Source: Auanema rhodensis (lineage: Eukaryota; Animalia; Nematoda). Taken from it: a stretch of DNA of 64,000 bases. The translations under genes and the position numbers were made by a program. Under the pieces are notes generated by a model, which did no database searches, was not told the DNA's origin, and saw only the letters and a program-made list of their open reading frames with translations. The stretch is taken from NCBI GenBank assembly GCA_964057225.1, contig OZ059898.1, forward strand, positions 10,602,001-10,666,000, written 5' to 3'. Shown here one piece after another: positions 37,601 through 46,765 of the stretch (positions within the stretch are counted from its first letter, which is position 1; each line of letters begins with the position of its first letter).

Positions 37601-40600
37601 TTGAGATAGGACCTATGCTAGATTTTAAAAGAGCATATTGATCAAAATCTAATTCTGGTCCTGTTTGCAAAGATATGTGGGAGGTACTATGTGGTGGAAC
37701 TGTTACTGTGGACAAACTTATGATATTTACTGTTTTAGTTGTGGTTTTATATGCAAAACAACCAGGTTTTACTAAGGGTGTTTCCATATTACCAACAATC
37801 AACTTTCCTTTACATAGTTTTAATGTAGTAAATATCTCTCTTTCTTCCAACGTACGCATAAAATCAGTACCAAGTAACATTTGTCCTGGACAGTCATTGT
37901 CTTCAGATATTAAAAATTCGTGTTCCACTTGGTAACCTGCTATACCCACATCTAACTTGCATTTTCCCACAAAGCGAAACTCTGATCCATTTGCAGTGGA
38001 TGCAGATTTAGAATATTTTGTAAAATATTGTCTTCCAATATATGCCAATGTGGAGAACGGAATATATGAGACAGTAGCTCCAGAATCCCATAATGCTAAC
38101 AGTCCTCTACCTTCAATGTCAATATGAACAAACGGTAACAAGTGTCCATTTTTCTTTGTTGTTGTGTGACATACAAAAGGTATGGCTAAAGGAATGTAAG
38201 TTATGATGGTGGGAAAATAGCTCCGCATCAATTCATCACTAACTGTTTCATGAATCTCATCTCCCTCAAGTGGTGGAGCTGTTGGGCTCAACATGATATG
38301 GTTTATTTTTAACATAGAAGTAGGGGAGAGATAACATTTTATAGTGAAATATAATGCTATCATTAGACATAATATCAGAGTTATACAACCGATGGTAATG
38401 AGTGTTCGTTCAATTGAACCTATACAAAAGTCAATGAACAGATCCCAATTGGAGAAAACAATTTTCCTGGCATCTCTTATAAGTTTACTTCCTTTGAAGA
38501 TGAAAGAGGAAATTTGAGGCCAATCACGTGAACGAGAAATTACGCGGAGAAGATCATGGTGAGGTGAAGTAGATAAACTATAACCATAAGTTAATCCAAT
38601 AGATAGGGCTAAGGATTTTTCAGTCGAATTTTCAAACAAATTCCGCCCTGTGAATCGAAGTTTACTCAATTCAGCATAATGATCATGTTTTTCTGAATGA
38701 ATACTATCTACTTTATGTGTGTCACCTTTATAATCTCTCCATGTTCCATTTTCATACCAAATCTCTGTCTCTTTGTGTTCACAATTGATCTCATGTCCTT
38801 CAGTGCTCAAATCGTAGCTATCGATAGGAGCAAAGAATAATTGTTTATCGTGTGTTAAAACAGGGGTCTCTGCATAACATTTATCATTGTAAGAATGATT
38901 ACGATAAATGAAATGTGGTTCTATTTCCTGACAAGTTGTTATTTTTAAAACATTTCTTCCAACAAATCGGGCAACGATATCATCCCGCTGAAGCATAGCT
39001 CTTACTCCTATTGTAGGATGTATACGTAATATAGCTTGCCAGCTTTTTACAGTTTCCATTTGAGATTTACAGATGGTATGAAACTGTTGATGAAATTCGT
39101 CAATTATGGAGAGACGCGCTTTCTCAAACCCATAATTCAACTTATTATCTATTATCGTTTTAGTTTTATGCTCTGATTTGTGGAGAACATTGTCATATAC
39201 TTCTGCTACATACAACTCTCGACCTCTCTCGTACGCATTAGAGGTAGGAGTTGTTAAACTACGAATTGTAGTTTTGGTGGAAGTTATTGGGGTTACAGTA
39301 GTATGCTGTACCATATTTTTATCAGTTGTGATTGGAGTTTTAACCCAACTTATGAATTCTAAAACTTCTGTTTTATTGAATTTAGGATTTTCCTGTGGGT
39401 ATTCGATGGACTGTGGAGGAAATCCATAATATGCTGTACTATTCTTTGTATAAAGGTTGTGATAGTCAGGCAGCTTGGATATAATTGCTAAATCTTGCTC
39501 TTGGTTGTTTCTAACAGTAGCATCAGCTTTTTGTTGTCGACTGACTTGCATGTCACGAGATATTTGTTCTTTTCCCGATTGTTGTTGGATCATGAATAAC
39601 ATGCCTTGAGCAGTTGCAATAATTTCAGATTGATTCATATTTCCACTGCGTGGTAATATAGATGGATATAAGGCTCTGGCCAACTGTTCGATTGATGGAA
39701 CTGTTTGTGTACCATCAAGAATTGTGGCTTGATATACTACTGCGTGAGCCATTCCTCGAAAGAAGTCTTCTATGGATGTTGTAGATTTCATCAACGATCT
39801 TTTTAACCGAGGAACTTCTATACGACGAGCTACTTGAGTGATAAGATCATCCAATTTCATGCTATTAATCACCTGTCTAGTAGCCAGTTTAATTTCCTCT
39901 ATACCCATACATTGTAAAATCAAAAGATTGGGATCTTTGAAATTATTAGACTTTGCCCAGTTAGTTATGTGATCTTTTGTCAATCCTAAACTAACAATTG
40001 TGTCAATGAACAGTGGATTATCTATCGCGAATTGGAGCAAACTCTCATAAGATGATGTAGCTGCATATCTCATATATTTTGCGTAAAACTTAGTGATAGA
40101 TGCAGATCCAAAAATGAAAGTAGGTCTTAGAAATGGAAACGCATATGGTTGGGATTTCGCATTAACAAAAAGATAATCATCACTGAAAGAGCGATGTTTT
40201 TGAGGTAATGCATTACGTTTATTTCTGCGTCTATCAGCATTAAGCAAAGTATTGGAAAGATCAAGCAAATTATAAACACGGGGATATGCTGTGAATCGGA
40301 TAATTGCCTCAGAGGATGATTCAAAAACAGCGAATTCGAAACAAGATTGAACGTGAGCGGATGTGGAATGATTTTGGAGAACAAAAGCGCTTTCAATAGA
40401 GTGAACTAGAAGAATATGATCACCCAACATGGCGGAGAAGGGGCCAAGTTTTTGATAGTGACAGACAACTGATGGGATAGGTGGTTGCCAGATAACTGCA
40501 CCTTCACCAGTTGCACAAAACCCTTCATTTCCTTTACAATTATCAGTATTTATAAATAAGTCTGATACAATGTGATCTTCTTTCAATCTAGTTATTATCC

Positions 40601-42209
40601 CTCGCTTCAATACAAATTGTTCAATTTCTACACATTCTTCAGTGGACCAAGAGCGAGTTGGATTATGCTCGTTTAATGGTGTTTCAAAAACTGAATGCTG
40701 TTGGGCATTCATGATTTTATCATTCCACATACGATTTCTATGTGCTCGAACACAATCTTTCTTATCTACTGTTTCAATATGAGAGAATGTGGTGTTACGA
40801 TCTCTCAAAAACATGAAATCTCTCACACAGCTTTTATACTTTTTCACATAGCATTTCCATGCTTCCCATGACTCTATCTCAGCCTTTGGTAGATATATTT
40901 CTACCTCAACACTGTGAGCCTTTTCAATTTCTGCCTTATGGCAGCCTGTGACCACAGGAGGTGTTACTAATATACCCCCTTCAGATTGAGCGCAAATCTG
41001 ATATTTTGCCGACCCAAAGGGAAGGCATGAGAGTGCCAATAAAGTCAGGCACAACGTGACCGGTGGCATGAATGGGGTCGCTACGCTGTATACCCTTGAG
41101 TTACCATTCCCATTGGCTGATGGTCTTTGTCTTCTTGGGGAACTAGGCCTAGGGTTCCAAGACGAGCTATTGGCATTTCTGCCATTGGCAAATGGGCGGT
41201 TTCCCGGGTTAGGACGCCTATTCATATTCCCGTTTTGCGAGTTATTATTATTATAACGTACGACAGAAGGTCGCTCTCTCTCTCGCTCATAATCATTAGA
41301 GCCATTATTGTGCTGAGTCCAGTTATTATTTTTTTTATAATTTTTATAATTTTTATAATTTTTATTATTATTCCTACTTCTTTCTCTTTCTTCACTAAAG
41401 CTTAATTTATGCTGTAAAGCATTTATGAGCTCCTTCAAGGTGCTAGTGTCTTCATTTCTTTTCATGAAGCTATTTCGAACGCCTTCTTCAAACCTAGCTA
41501 ATTTCTTAGCTTGTTCATAAGTGGCGGGGTTTTTAGTTAAAACCGCAATACCCAGTTCCTCTTTTAAACCATTTAAAAATGCCGTTTTCAACATTGGTTC
41601 CCGCTCGGGATCCATTGGTGACATTATGGTGCTTGCCATTCTCTCTAATTCCATACTAAAATCAAGAACAGATTTATCTCCTTGTTGTACTCGATGAATA
41701 AGCGCTATGGTGAAATTTTTATCTGTTTTAGGCGCTAAAAGCTCAGTGAGCTGATCCATCAAAACAATCCATGGGCCATTAGTTCTTATGCCACTAGGAA
41801 TACTATTATACAAGGAGAGAGCTGTTTCATTTGATTCCAAAAGAAGAGGCAAAATTAATAGTCTCTCAGGTAAGCTTAGATTCATAACATTAAAAAATCT
41901 ATTTAAAGATTCAACAAAAGAACGAAAGCTACGAGAGCCGTCATACCTGGGACAGAGATGGCAATTCAAAATAGTTGCCATATTTCTAGAGGGTGGGGCA
42001 ACATTAGAATTAGGAGATGGAGAGGTAGGAGTCATTTTTCTTTCAAAAGCTTTAGTTATAGCAGCGGCCCACCGACTTGGTGATCTATTTCGTACTGTAA
42101 TAGGTGCCCGAGGTGTTTCCTCAGTGATGGCCTTTCTGCTTTTACTTCTCGTTCTAATTGTTAGAGAAGAAGAGTGAGAAGAAGAAGAGGAATCACCTTC
42201 TTCTCTCAA
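34608..42209 (-). CDS. Gag-Env-Pol polyprotein (2533-codon ORF; first ATG at 42035): capsid, signal peptide, class III-like glycoprotein, TM, aspartic protease, RT, RNase H, integrase
   Basis: Gag QQGDKSVLDF; signal peptide aa 381-401; Cys-rich ectodomain; TM ~1270-1290; LWDSGA; YLDD; DGS...EAL...TDH...DALSR; HHCC, DILGP/TDNG/VERL and GPY. Confidence 0.96.
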   Translation of the reverse strand: MREEGDSSSSSHSSSLTIRTRSKSRKAITEETPRAPITVRNRSPSRWAAAITKAFERKMTPTSPSPNSNVAPPSRNMATILNCHLCPRYDGSRSFRSFVESLNRFFNVMNLSLPERLLILPLLLESNETALSLYNSIPSGIRTNGPWIVLMDQLTELLAPKTDKNFTIALIHRVQQGDKSVLDFSMELERMASTIMSPMDPEREPMLKTAFLNGLKEELGIAVLTKNPATYEQAKKLARFEEGVRNSFMKRNEDTSTLKELINALQHKLSFSEERERSRNNNKNYKNYKNYKKNNNWTQHNNGSNDYERERERPSVVRYNNNNSQNGNMNRRPNPGNRPFANGRNANSSSWNPRPSSPRRQRPSANGNGNSRVYSVATPFMPPVTLCLTLLALSCLPFGSAKYQICAQSEGGILVTPPVVTGCHKAEIEKAHSVEVEIYLPKAEIESWEAWKCYVKKYKSCVRDFMFLRDRNTTFSHIETVDKKDCVRAHRNRMWNDKIMNAQQHSVFETPLNEHNPTRSWSTEECVEIEQFVLKRGIITRLKEDHIVSDLFINTDNCKGNEGFCATGEGAVIWQPPIPSVVCHYQKLGPFSAMLGDHILLVHSIESAFVLQNHSTSAHVQSCFEFAVFESSSEAIIRFTAYPRVYNLLDLSNTLLNADRRRNKRNALPQKHRSFSDDYLFVNAKSQPYAFPFLRPTFIFGSASITKFYAKYMRYAATSSYESLLQFAIDNPLFIDTIVSLGLTKDHITNWAKSNNFKDPNLLILQCMGIEEIKLATRQVINSMKLDDLITQVARRIEVPRLKRSLMKSTTSIEDFFRGMAHAVVYQATILDGTQTVPSIEQLARALYPSILPRSGNMNQSEIIATAQGMLFMIQQQSGKEQISRDMQVSRQQKADATVRNNQEQDLAIISKLPDYHNLYTKNSTAYYGFPPQSIEYPQENPKFNKTEVLEFISWVKTPITTDKNMVQHTTVTPITSTKTTIRSLTTPTSNAYERGRELYVAEVYDNVLHKSEHKTKTIIDNKLNYGFEKARLSIIDEFHQQFHTICKSQMETVKSWQAILRIHPTIGVRAMLQRDDIVARFVGRNVLKITTCQEIEPHFIYRNHSYNDKCYAETPVLTHDKQLFFAPIDSYDLSTEGHEINCEHKETEIWYENGTWRDYKGDTHKVDSIHSEKHDHYAELSKLRFTGRNLFENSTEKSLALSIGLTYGYSLSTSPHHDLLRVISRSRDWPQISSFIFKGSKLIRDARKIVFSNWDLFIDFCIGSIERTLITIGCITLILCLMIALYFTIKCYLSPTSMLKINHIMLSPTAPPLEGDEIHETVSDELMRSYFPTIITYIPLAIPFVCHTTTKKNGHLLPFVHIDIEGRGLLALWDSGATVSYIPFSTLAYIGRQYFTKYSKSASTANGSEFRFVGKCKLDVGIAGYQVEHEFLISEDNDCPGQMLLGTDFMRTLEEREIFTTLKLCKGKLIVGNMETPLVKPGCFAYKTTTKTVNIISLSTVTVPPHSTSHISLQTGPELDFDQYALLKSSIGPISIPDAAIGPFPITMVVSNNSSKPIKINKNDHIGSGLIASKEIMNDYVPPEADWEDKLPTFPQHLLDDLNFNSCTLSHKMKKNLITIIKENQTAFFNHDHNIGLFCGPVEHAIPIRSDMDFPKSRSYRVPLGKQEEVERQVKEMLSQGIIENSTATFTSPVVLVKKKDNSFRFVTDFRALNSVTKKQTYSIPHIPDIIDLAAGAQFFSNFDLISGFFQIPLKRSDRHLTAFTTPSGTYQYCRMPMGLCGAPHTFQSAVRYLQSLVRCKLFVYLDDLLIISNSADEHLRDIQEVLKKVTELGLKIKLSKCCFAATEVKFLGFVIGRNGVKPDPAKIQAVSEFPNPSTVTAVRSFLGMTNYFRRFIQNYAGIAEPLYKLTHKDTPFEWKSEHADAFKTLKTSLCTAPVLKPPKADQPFVIESDGSMIAVGAVLLQSAEKNSPLHPIAFASRKLTPAERKYPPIEVEALGLVFALQQFRTYVLGVPTTVITDHLPLTSLMSRKDLIGRLAKYQLMIQDFNIKIEYRPGKLNSVCDALSRYIGNEANDSRPTKPKDKVKPVDAFIAHITTISSIDQLNCEEIRKVQAGVPWIREALSQINNDNCPANISDRYEEREGILHAKQAKNYLKPSIILPRNDKITDVVIKFFHEDSKIGAHLGINKTTDAIRRRFFWTNMVPQITEFINRCTKCASRKSNPHQSYIQPMGRFVIPEKPFDRIHVDILGPLPRTNDGHRYILSIQDAFSKWGTTCPLITQTATEITKAFVIRFVFIYGPPMSMITDNGSSFLSSEFQAMCKQFGIEHTTTLPYHKNANGQVERLHRTLEEALSSFVNEQQTNWDIHLPKVMFAINTLPNSSTSISPYVVLFGRDARLPIDHQLPGNNLQTEESANPTEDFVNRSLIQNESTSNIVKDRIETCTKKNEQRYNTRNRTQNKEIQVNDLVMIKVNSTRNKLTPSFEGPYLVTAVQRSFVVVQTDKGKSRRVHKDFVKPYQRTTSIPVITIS

Positions 42210-43344
42210 AAATTCAAAAGGAGAGAGGTAGGTGGATGGAGTATTTAAGTTTTTAGAATTAAATTCAAAAACTGGGCGTACCTCTGGTGATCCTTGTTCC
42301 TGATCTTTGTTTTCCTCGCTGATGTCCGAGTCCGACAGGTTGGCTGGTGAATACAGTTAGATGAATATAAGAGCGCGTACTGGAAGCAACTAGACTCCAG
42401 TAAAAACGTTTGTGACAATGGCGTCTAATGAAGGAGAATCGTTGAAGCTTCAAGCTCCGCCTCCAGCCATGTGTCACGACACCAGATGTTAGCGCTTATG
42501 GTAAACAACCATTGACCGTCTGTCGTGATATTTGAATATTATAATCACTAATGTCAGCTTAGAGACAAATAAGGAATCACAGATGGTGCCTTAAGCCTGT
42601 TTGAAAACTTTTGAATTTTAACAGCTGTTATTGACTACACATGTCGAACAGCTGGTACGCGTGGGCCAACTATTTGAATGTGAGTAAGCTTAAAGTAAAC
42701 AAAAATGTCTCATCTCGTATATTAAGTTCAATTTTATAAAGTTTATTAAGATTTGTAGAAAGAATTTCAAAATAAATCTTAATTAAGATTATTTTTAATT
42801 TCAAATGATTTAGAAGGTAATTTAAGATTGATATAGGAATTTAAATTCAGTAATCTGTCAATAATATAGGAAAAAGGAAACGTTGGCAGACGTAGAGTGG
42901 ACTTGGGTGGGTAGGAATTTAAATATTCTTATTATCTCTGAACTAATAAGAAAAGAGTTAACAGGAGTAGAACCCTGATGAACCCTTGGATGTGAATCAA
43001 AATTAATAAATCGTAAATAAAATTATCCCAACAGCCTCCAGCTTCCAAACAACTCAGCTAAAAAGTGAGCTCTGTTGCCACACTGGACATTCACATCATA
43101 AAGTAATGAATCAAAATAGCACGCGCGTGCATAACAAAAAGGTAACGCTCGTCAAAACTATTGTCTGATAGTTTCCCCAAACGTCTCAGACACCTCCCAG
43201 TTTTCGTTGAGCGGAGGAGAAGTGGTAGCCAAAATAATTTTTGGGGAAATCATGGTGCACGGCTCGGTTACTCCTCACTGTTGGGTAATTAAGTCCAAAA
43301 GTCTCGTAAACTTGCTGTCAATAAATTAACAGTAAAGTAAGCAA

Positions 43345-43357
43345 GGCGGAACCTCCA
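43345..43357 (-). promoter_or_regulatory. Primer binding site, tRNA-Gln type
   Basis: TGGAGGTTCCGCC directly after the 5' LTR, complementary to the ...GGAACCUCCA 3' end of animal tRNA-Gln. Confidence 0.8.
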
Positions 43358-43738
43358 CGTTACATATGGTTTCTTCCCGTCTTTTCATGGTCGGAAGATA
43401 TATGTACTTCTACCTTGTTCCTTAGGTAGGCAGACCCGAACGACCCGATTTCCTTATTAAGACAAATACTTAAAGCGAAAAGGATTCATTATCAGATAAC
43501 AAGAAAATACAATATAAGAATTACATTAAGAAAGAATATAAAGAGATATAACAAAGTATTAAATAGAGTATATATATAGATGATATAGAGATGAGACTCA
43601 CATGGCTATAAGACAACCTATCTGGGTTAGGCCAGAAGCAAGAGTGCCATGTGTGTCCCATGTTGTAGGCGGGGCTTGTTCAGGCTCCCGCTATTTGAAT
43701 AGCGCGCACATGTTTACCATGTGCTTGCAGATGTGACA
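43358..43738 (-). repeat. 5' LTR (381 bp)
   Basis: Direct repeat of 33615-33995. Confidence 0.97.
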
Positions 43739-43872
43739 AGCTGACGCTCAAAATTATGTTTTTGACAGCTGACGCGCCCCAAAATTATGTTTTTAGCAGC
43801 TGACGCCCCCAAAAGTATGTTTTTGACAGCTGTTTGGGGGCGTGGTTAGTAAATTTTGCACGGCTCTCTACT
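43739..43872 (-). repeat. Outer part of the Maverick polB-side TIR (inner part 33210-33614), terminus at 43872
   Basis: ~30-bp CAGCTG repeats and terminal ...ggctctctact. Confidence 0.9.
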
Positions 43873-44125
43873 GTGGTACACTCTTATTTTTAGGAAACAC
43901 TAATTCAAAATGTTGGATCCCACTGAGGAAACGCAGGATTGTTGCGAAAAACAGACTTGTACACATCCGATTACAAGTACAACATTTCCAGACACTTTGT
44001 AAAAAAGAAACTTTTACAAAATGTTAACACATGTTCTAATTTTAAATAAAAATTTATTGTTCAATAAATATATTACGAAACATTTATTCTATTCTTGAAC
44101 ATAGTTATGAAATACATTAGCTATC

Positions 44126-44673
44126 AGTAGAGAGCCGTGCAAAATTTACTAACCACGCCCTCAAACAGCTGTCAAAAACATACTTTTGGGGGCGTCAGCT
44201 GCTAAAAACATACTTTTGGGGCGCGTCAGCTGTCAAAAACATATTTTTGAGCGTCAGCTGTTAAAATCATATTTTGGGATCATGGTTCATGGATTTTACT
44301 TTTTTAAATTTAAAAATCATGATTTAAAGCATGATTAAAATTTTTTTTTTTTTAAATCAAATTTAAATATGCTTTTTTAAATGTATATATATAATTATAT
44401 ATTTTGAATTAATTTTTAAATATATTAAGTGAAAAAAAAAATCTAAATTTTAAATATTTAAATTATATTAAAATTTTATATTTATGAATTATATTTAAAT
44501 TATATTTAACCTTTATATATATAAATTATATTTAAATTTTAAATATATTAATTTGTTTTAAAATTTTATTACTTTATTCATTTATTATATTTATTAATTA
44601 TGTTTGTTTACTTATTTTGTTTACTTATTTTGTTTATTATGTTATAATATTGTGTTTTTTACTGTTTTTATTT
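44126..44673 (+). repeat. Maverick integrase-side TIR, truncated copy
   Basis: Starts agtagagagccgtgcaaaatttactaacc. Confidence 0.9.
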
Positions 44674-46468
44674 TTATAGAGGTAAGGAAACTGTGCTTTA
44701 CTCATATCAGGTACACCAAATGCCTTGGGTAACGCTGATAGGGGTAAAAGCACTAATAAATAACTATCTTTAAAATATAAATGATTAAATTTTTGACAAA
44801 AAAACTAATTGTTATAATTTTTAATATCGCTTACTCATCACTGTCATCCAAGGTTATTACTTCAATAACCCTTGATGATGAGGGCCCACTGTTAAAAGTG
44901 GGTGCTGTGGGCTCACAGAGCTCGATACCACCAGCCTCGGTAAACTTTATACGTTTACTAAAAAAAAAATATGTATAAATAAATTCAAAATATTGTTAAA
45001 TTACCTAAGTTGATTGATTTCTTCATAGTCAAATCCTAGCTCTTCACATAAACGCTTATAACTAAAAAAAGAAAAAGTTTACAAACAAATAATCAAAAAG
45101 ACACAACATATTAGCAGCCATTGTACCTTGATATAATGATATGTGTTCCATTAAATTTTGGTATTTCATATCGTTTTTATCGAATTAACCTTCGATATGT
45201 GTTCCATTAAATTTTGGTATTTCATATCGTTCTTATCGAATTAACCTTCGATATGTGTTCCATTGAATTTTGGTATTTCATATCGTTCTTATCGAATTAA
45301 CTTTCGATATGTGTTCCATTGAATTACCCATAACAAGTACGGTGAACAAAACGATATACATGCAAAAATTTTATTGTTCTTTAAAATAAAAACAATACAA
45401 ACACAACACAATAAAAAATAAACAAAATAAGTAAACAAACATTATTAATAAATATAATAAATAAATAAAATTTAAAAACAAATTTATAAAAAAGGAAAAT
45501 CCATGAACCATGATCCCAAAATACGATTTTAACAGCTGACGCTCAAAATTATGTTTTTGACAGCTGACGCGCCCCAAAATTATGTTTTTAGCAGCTGACG
45601 CCCCCAAAAGTATGTTTTTGACAGCTGTTTGGGGGCGTGGTTAGTAAATTTTGCACGGCTCTCTACTGTGGTACACTCTTATTTTTAGGAAACACTAATT
45701 CAAAATGTTGGATCCCACTGAGGAAACGCAGGATTGTTGCGAAAAACAGACTTGTACACATCCGATTACAAGTACAACATTTCCAGACACTTTGTAAAAA
45801 AGAAACTTTTACAAAATGTTAACACATGTTCTAATTTTAAATGAAAATTTATTGTTCAATAAATATATTACGAAACATTTATTCTATTCTTGAACATAGT
45901 TATGAAATACATTAGCTATCAGTAGAGAGCCGTGCAAAATTTACTAACCACGCCCTCAAACAGCTGTCAAAAACATACTTTTGGGGGCGTCAGCTGCTAA
46001 AAACATACTTTTGGGGCGCGTCAGCTGTCAAAAACATATTTTTGAGCGTCAGCTGTTAAAATCATATTTCGGGATCATGGTTCATGGATTTTACTTTTTT
46101 AAATTTAAAAATCATGATTTAAAGCATGATTAAAATTTTTTTTTTTTAAATCAAATTTAAATATGCTTTTTTAAATGTATATATATAATTATATATTTTG
46201 AATTAATTTTTAAATATATTAAGTGAAAAAAAAAATCTAAATTTTAAATATTTAAATTATATTAAAATTTTATATTTATAAATTATATTTAAATTATATT
46301 TAACCTTTATATATATAAATTATATTTAAATTTTAAATATATTAATTTGTTTTAAAATTTTATTACTTTATTCATTTATTATATTTATTAATTATGTTTG
46401 TTTACTTATTTTGTTTACTTATTTTGTTTATTATGTTATAATATTGTGTTTTTTACTGTTTTTATTTT
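44674..46468. repeat. 1795-bp duplication of polB fragment-TIR-253-bp spacer-TIR, lacking the LTR element (empty site)
   Basis: Termini at 45667 and 45921 vs 43872 and 44126; uninterrupted aacAGCTgacg at 45534-45537. Confidence 0.92.
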
Positions 46469-46765
46469 TAAAGATCAATAAAATTTTTGCATGTATATCG
46501 TTTTGTTCACCGTACTTGTTATGGGTAATTCAATGGAACACATATCGAAAGTTAATTCGACAAGAACGATATGAAATACCAAAATTTAATGAAACACATA
46601 TAGAAGGTTAATTCGATAAGAACGATATGAAATACCAAAATTTAATGGAACACATATCGAAGGTTAATTCGATAAAAACGACATTAAATTATTATTTTTG
46701 AAATTGCGAATTGTTATTAATTATATTTATTGTAACAAGTAAAGGTTTCAAATTATAATAAAAGA
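45921..46765 (+). repeat. Extra tandem copy of the Maverick left end (845 bp)
   Basis: Terminus at 45921, followed directly by a new terminus at 46766. Confidence 0.88.

Larger units (their letters stand above)
33615..43738 (-). mobile_element. Full-length Ty3/Gypsy (Metaviridae) LTR element with an internal env (gag-env-pol), inserted in a Maverick TIR
   Basis: Two 381-bp LTRs, AGCT TSD (33611-33614 and 43739-43742), PBS, PPT and a single ORF with PR-RT-RH-IN order. Confidence 0.97.

Noticed and set aside
37500-37730. Functional dUTPase between protease and RT
   Set aside because: Only a beta-rich, dUTPase-like spacing pattern; the catalytic motifs are not recognisable.
34919-42477. Short antisense or alternative-frame ORFs within and upstream of the polyprotein
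   Set aside because: Shadow ORFs with no recognisable motifs.
43345-43357. Link between the tRNA-Gly array and retroelement priming
   Set aside because: The PBS matches tRNA-Gln, not tRNA-Gly.
43873-44125. 253-bp spacer as a coding exon
   Set aside because: It has an acceptor-like ttttag, but only very short frames and no recognisable product.
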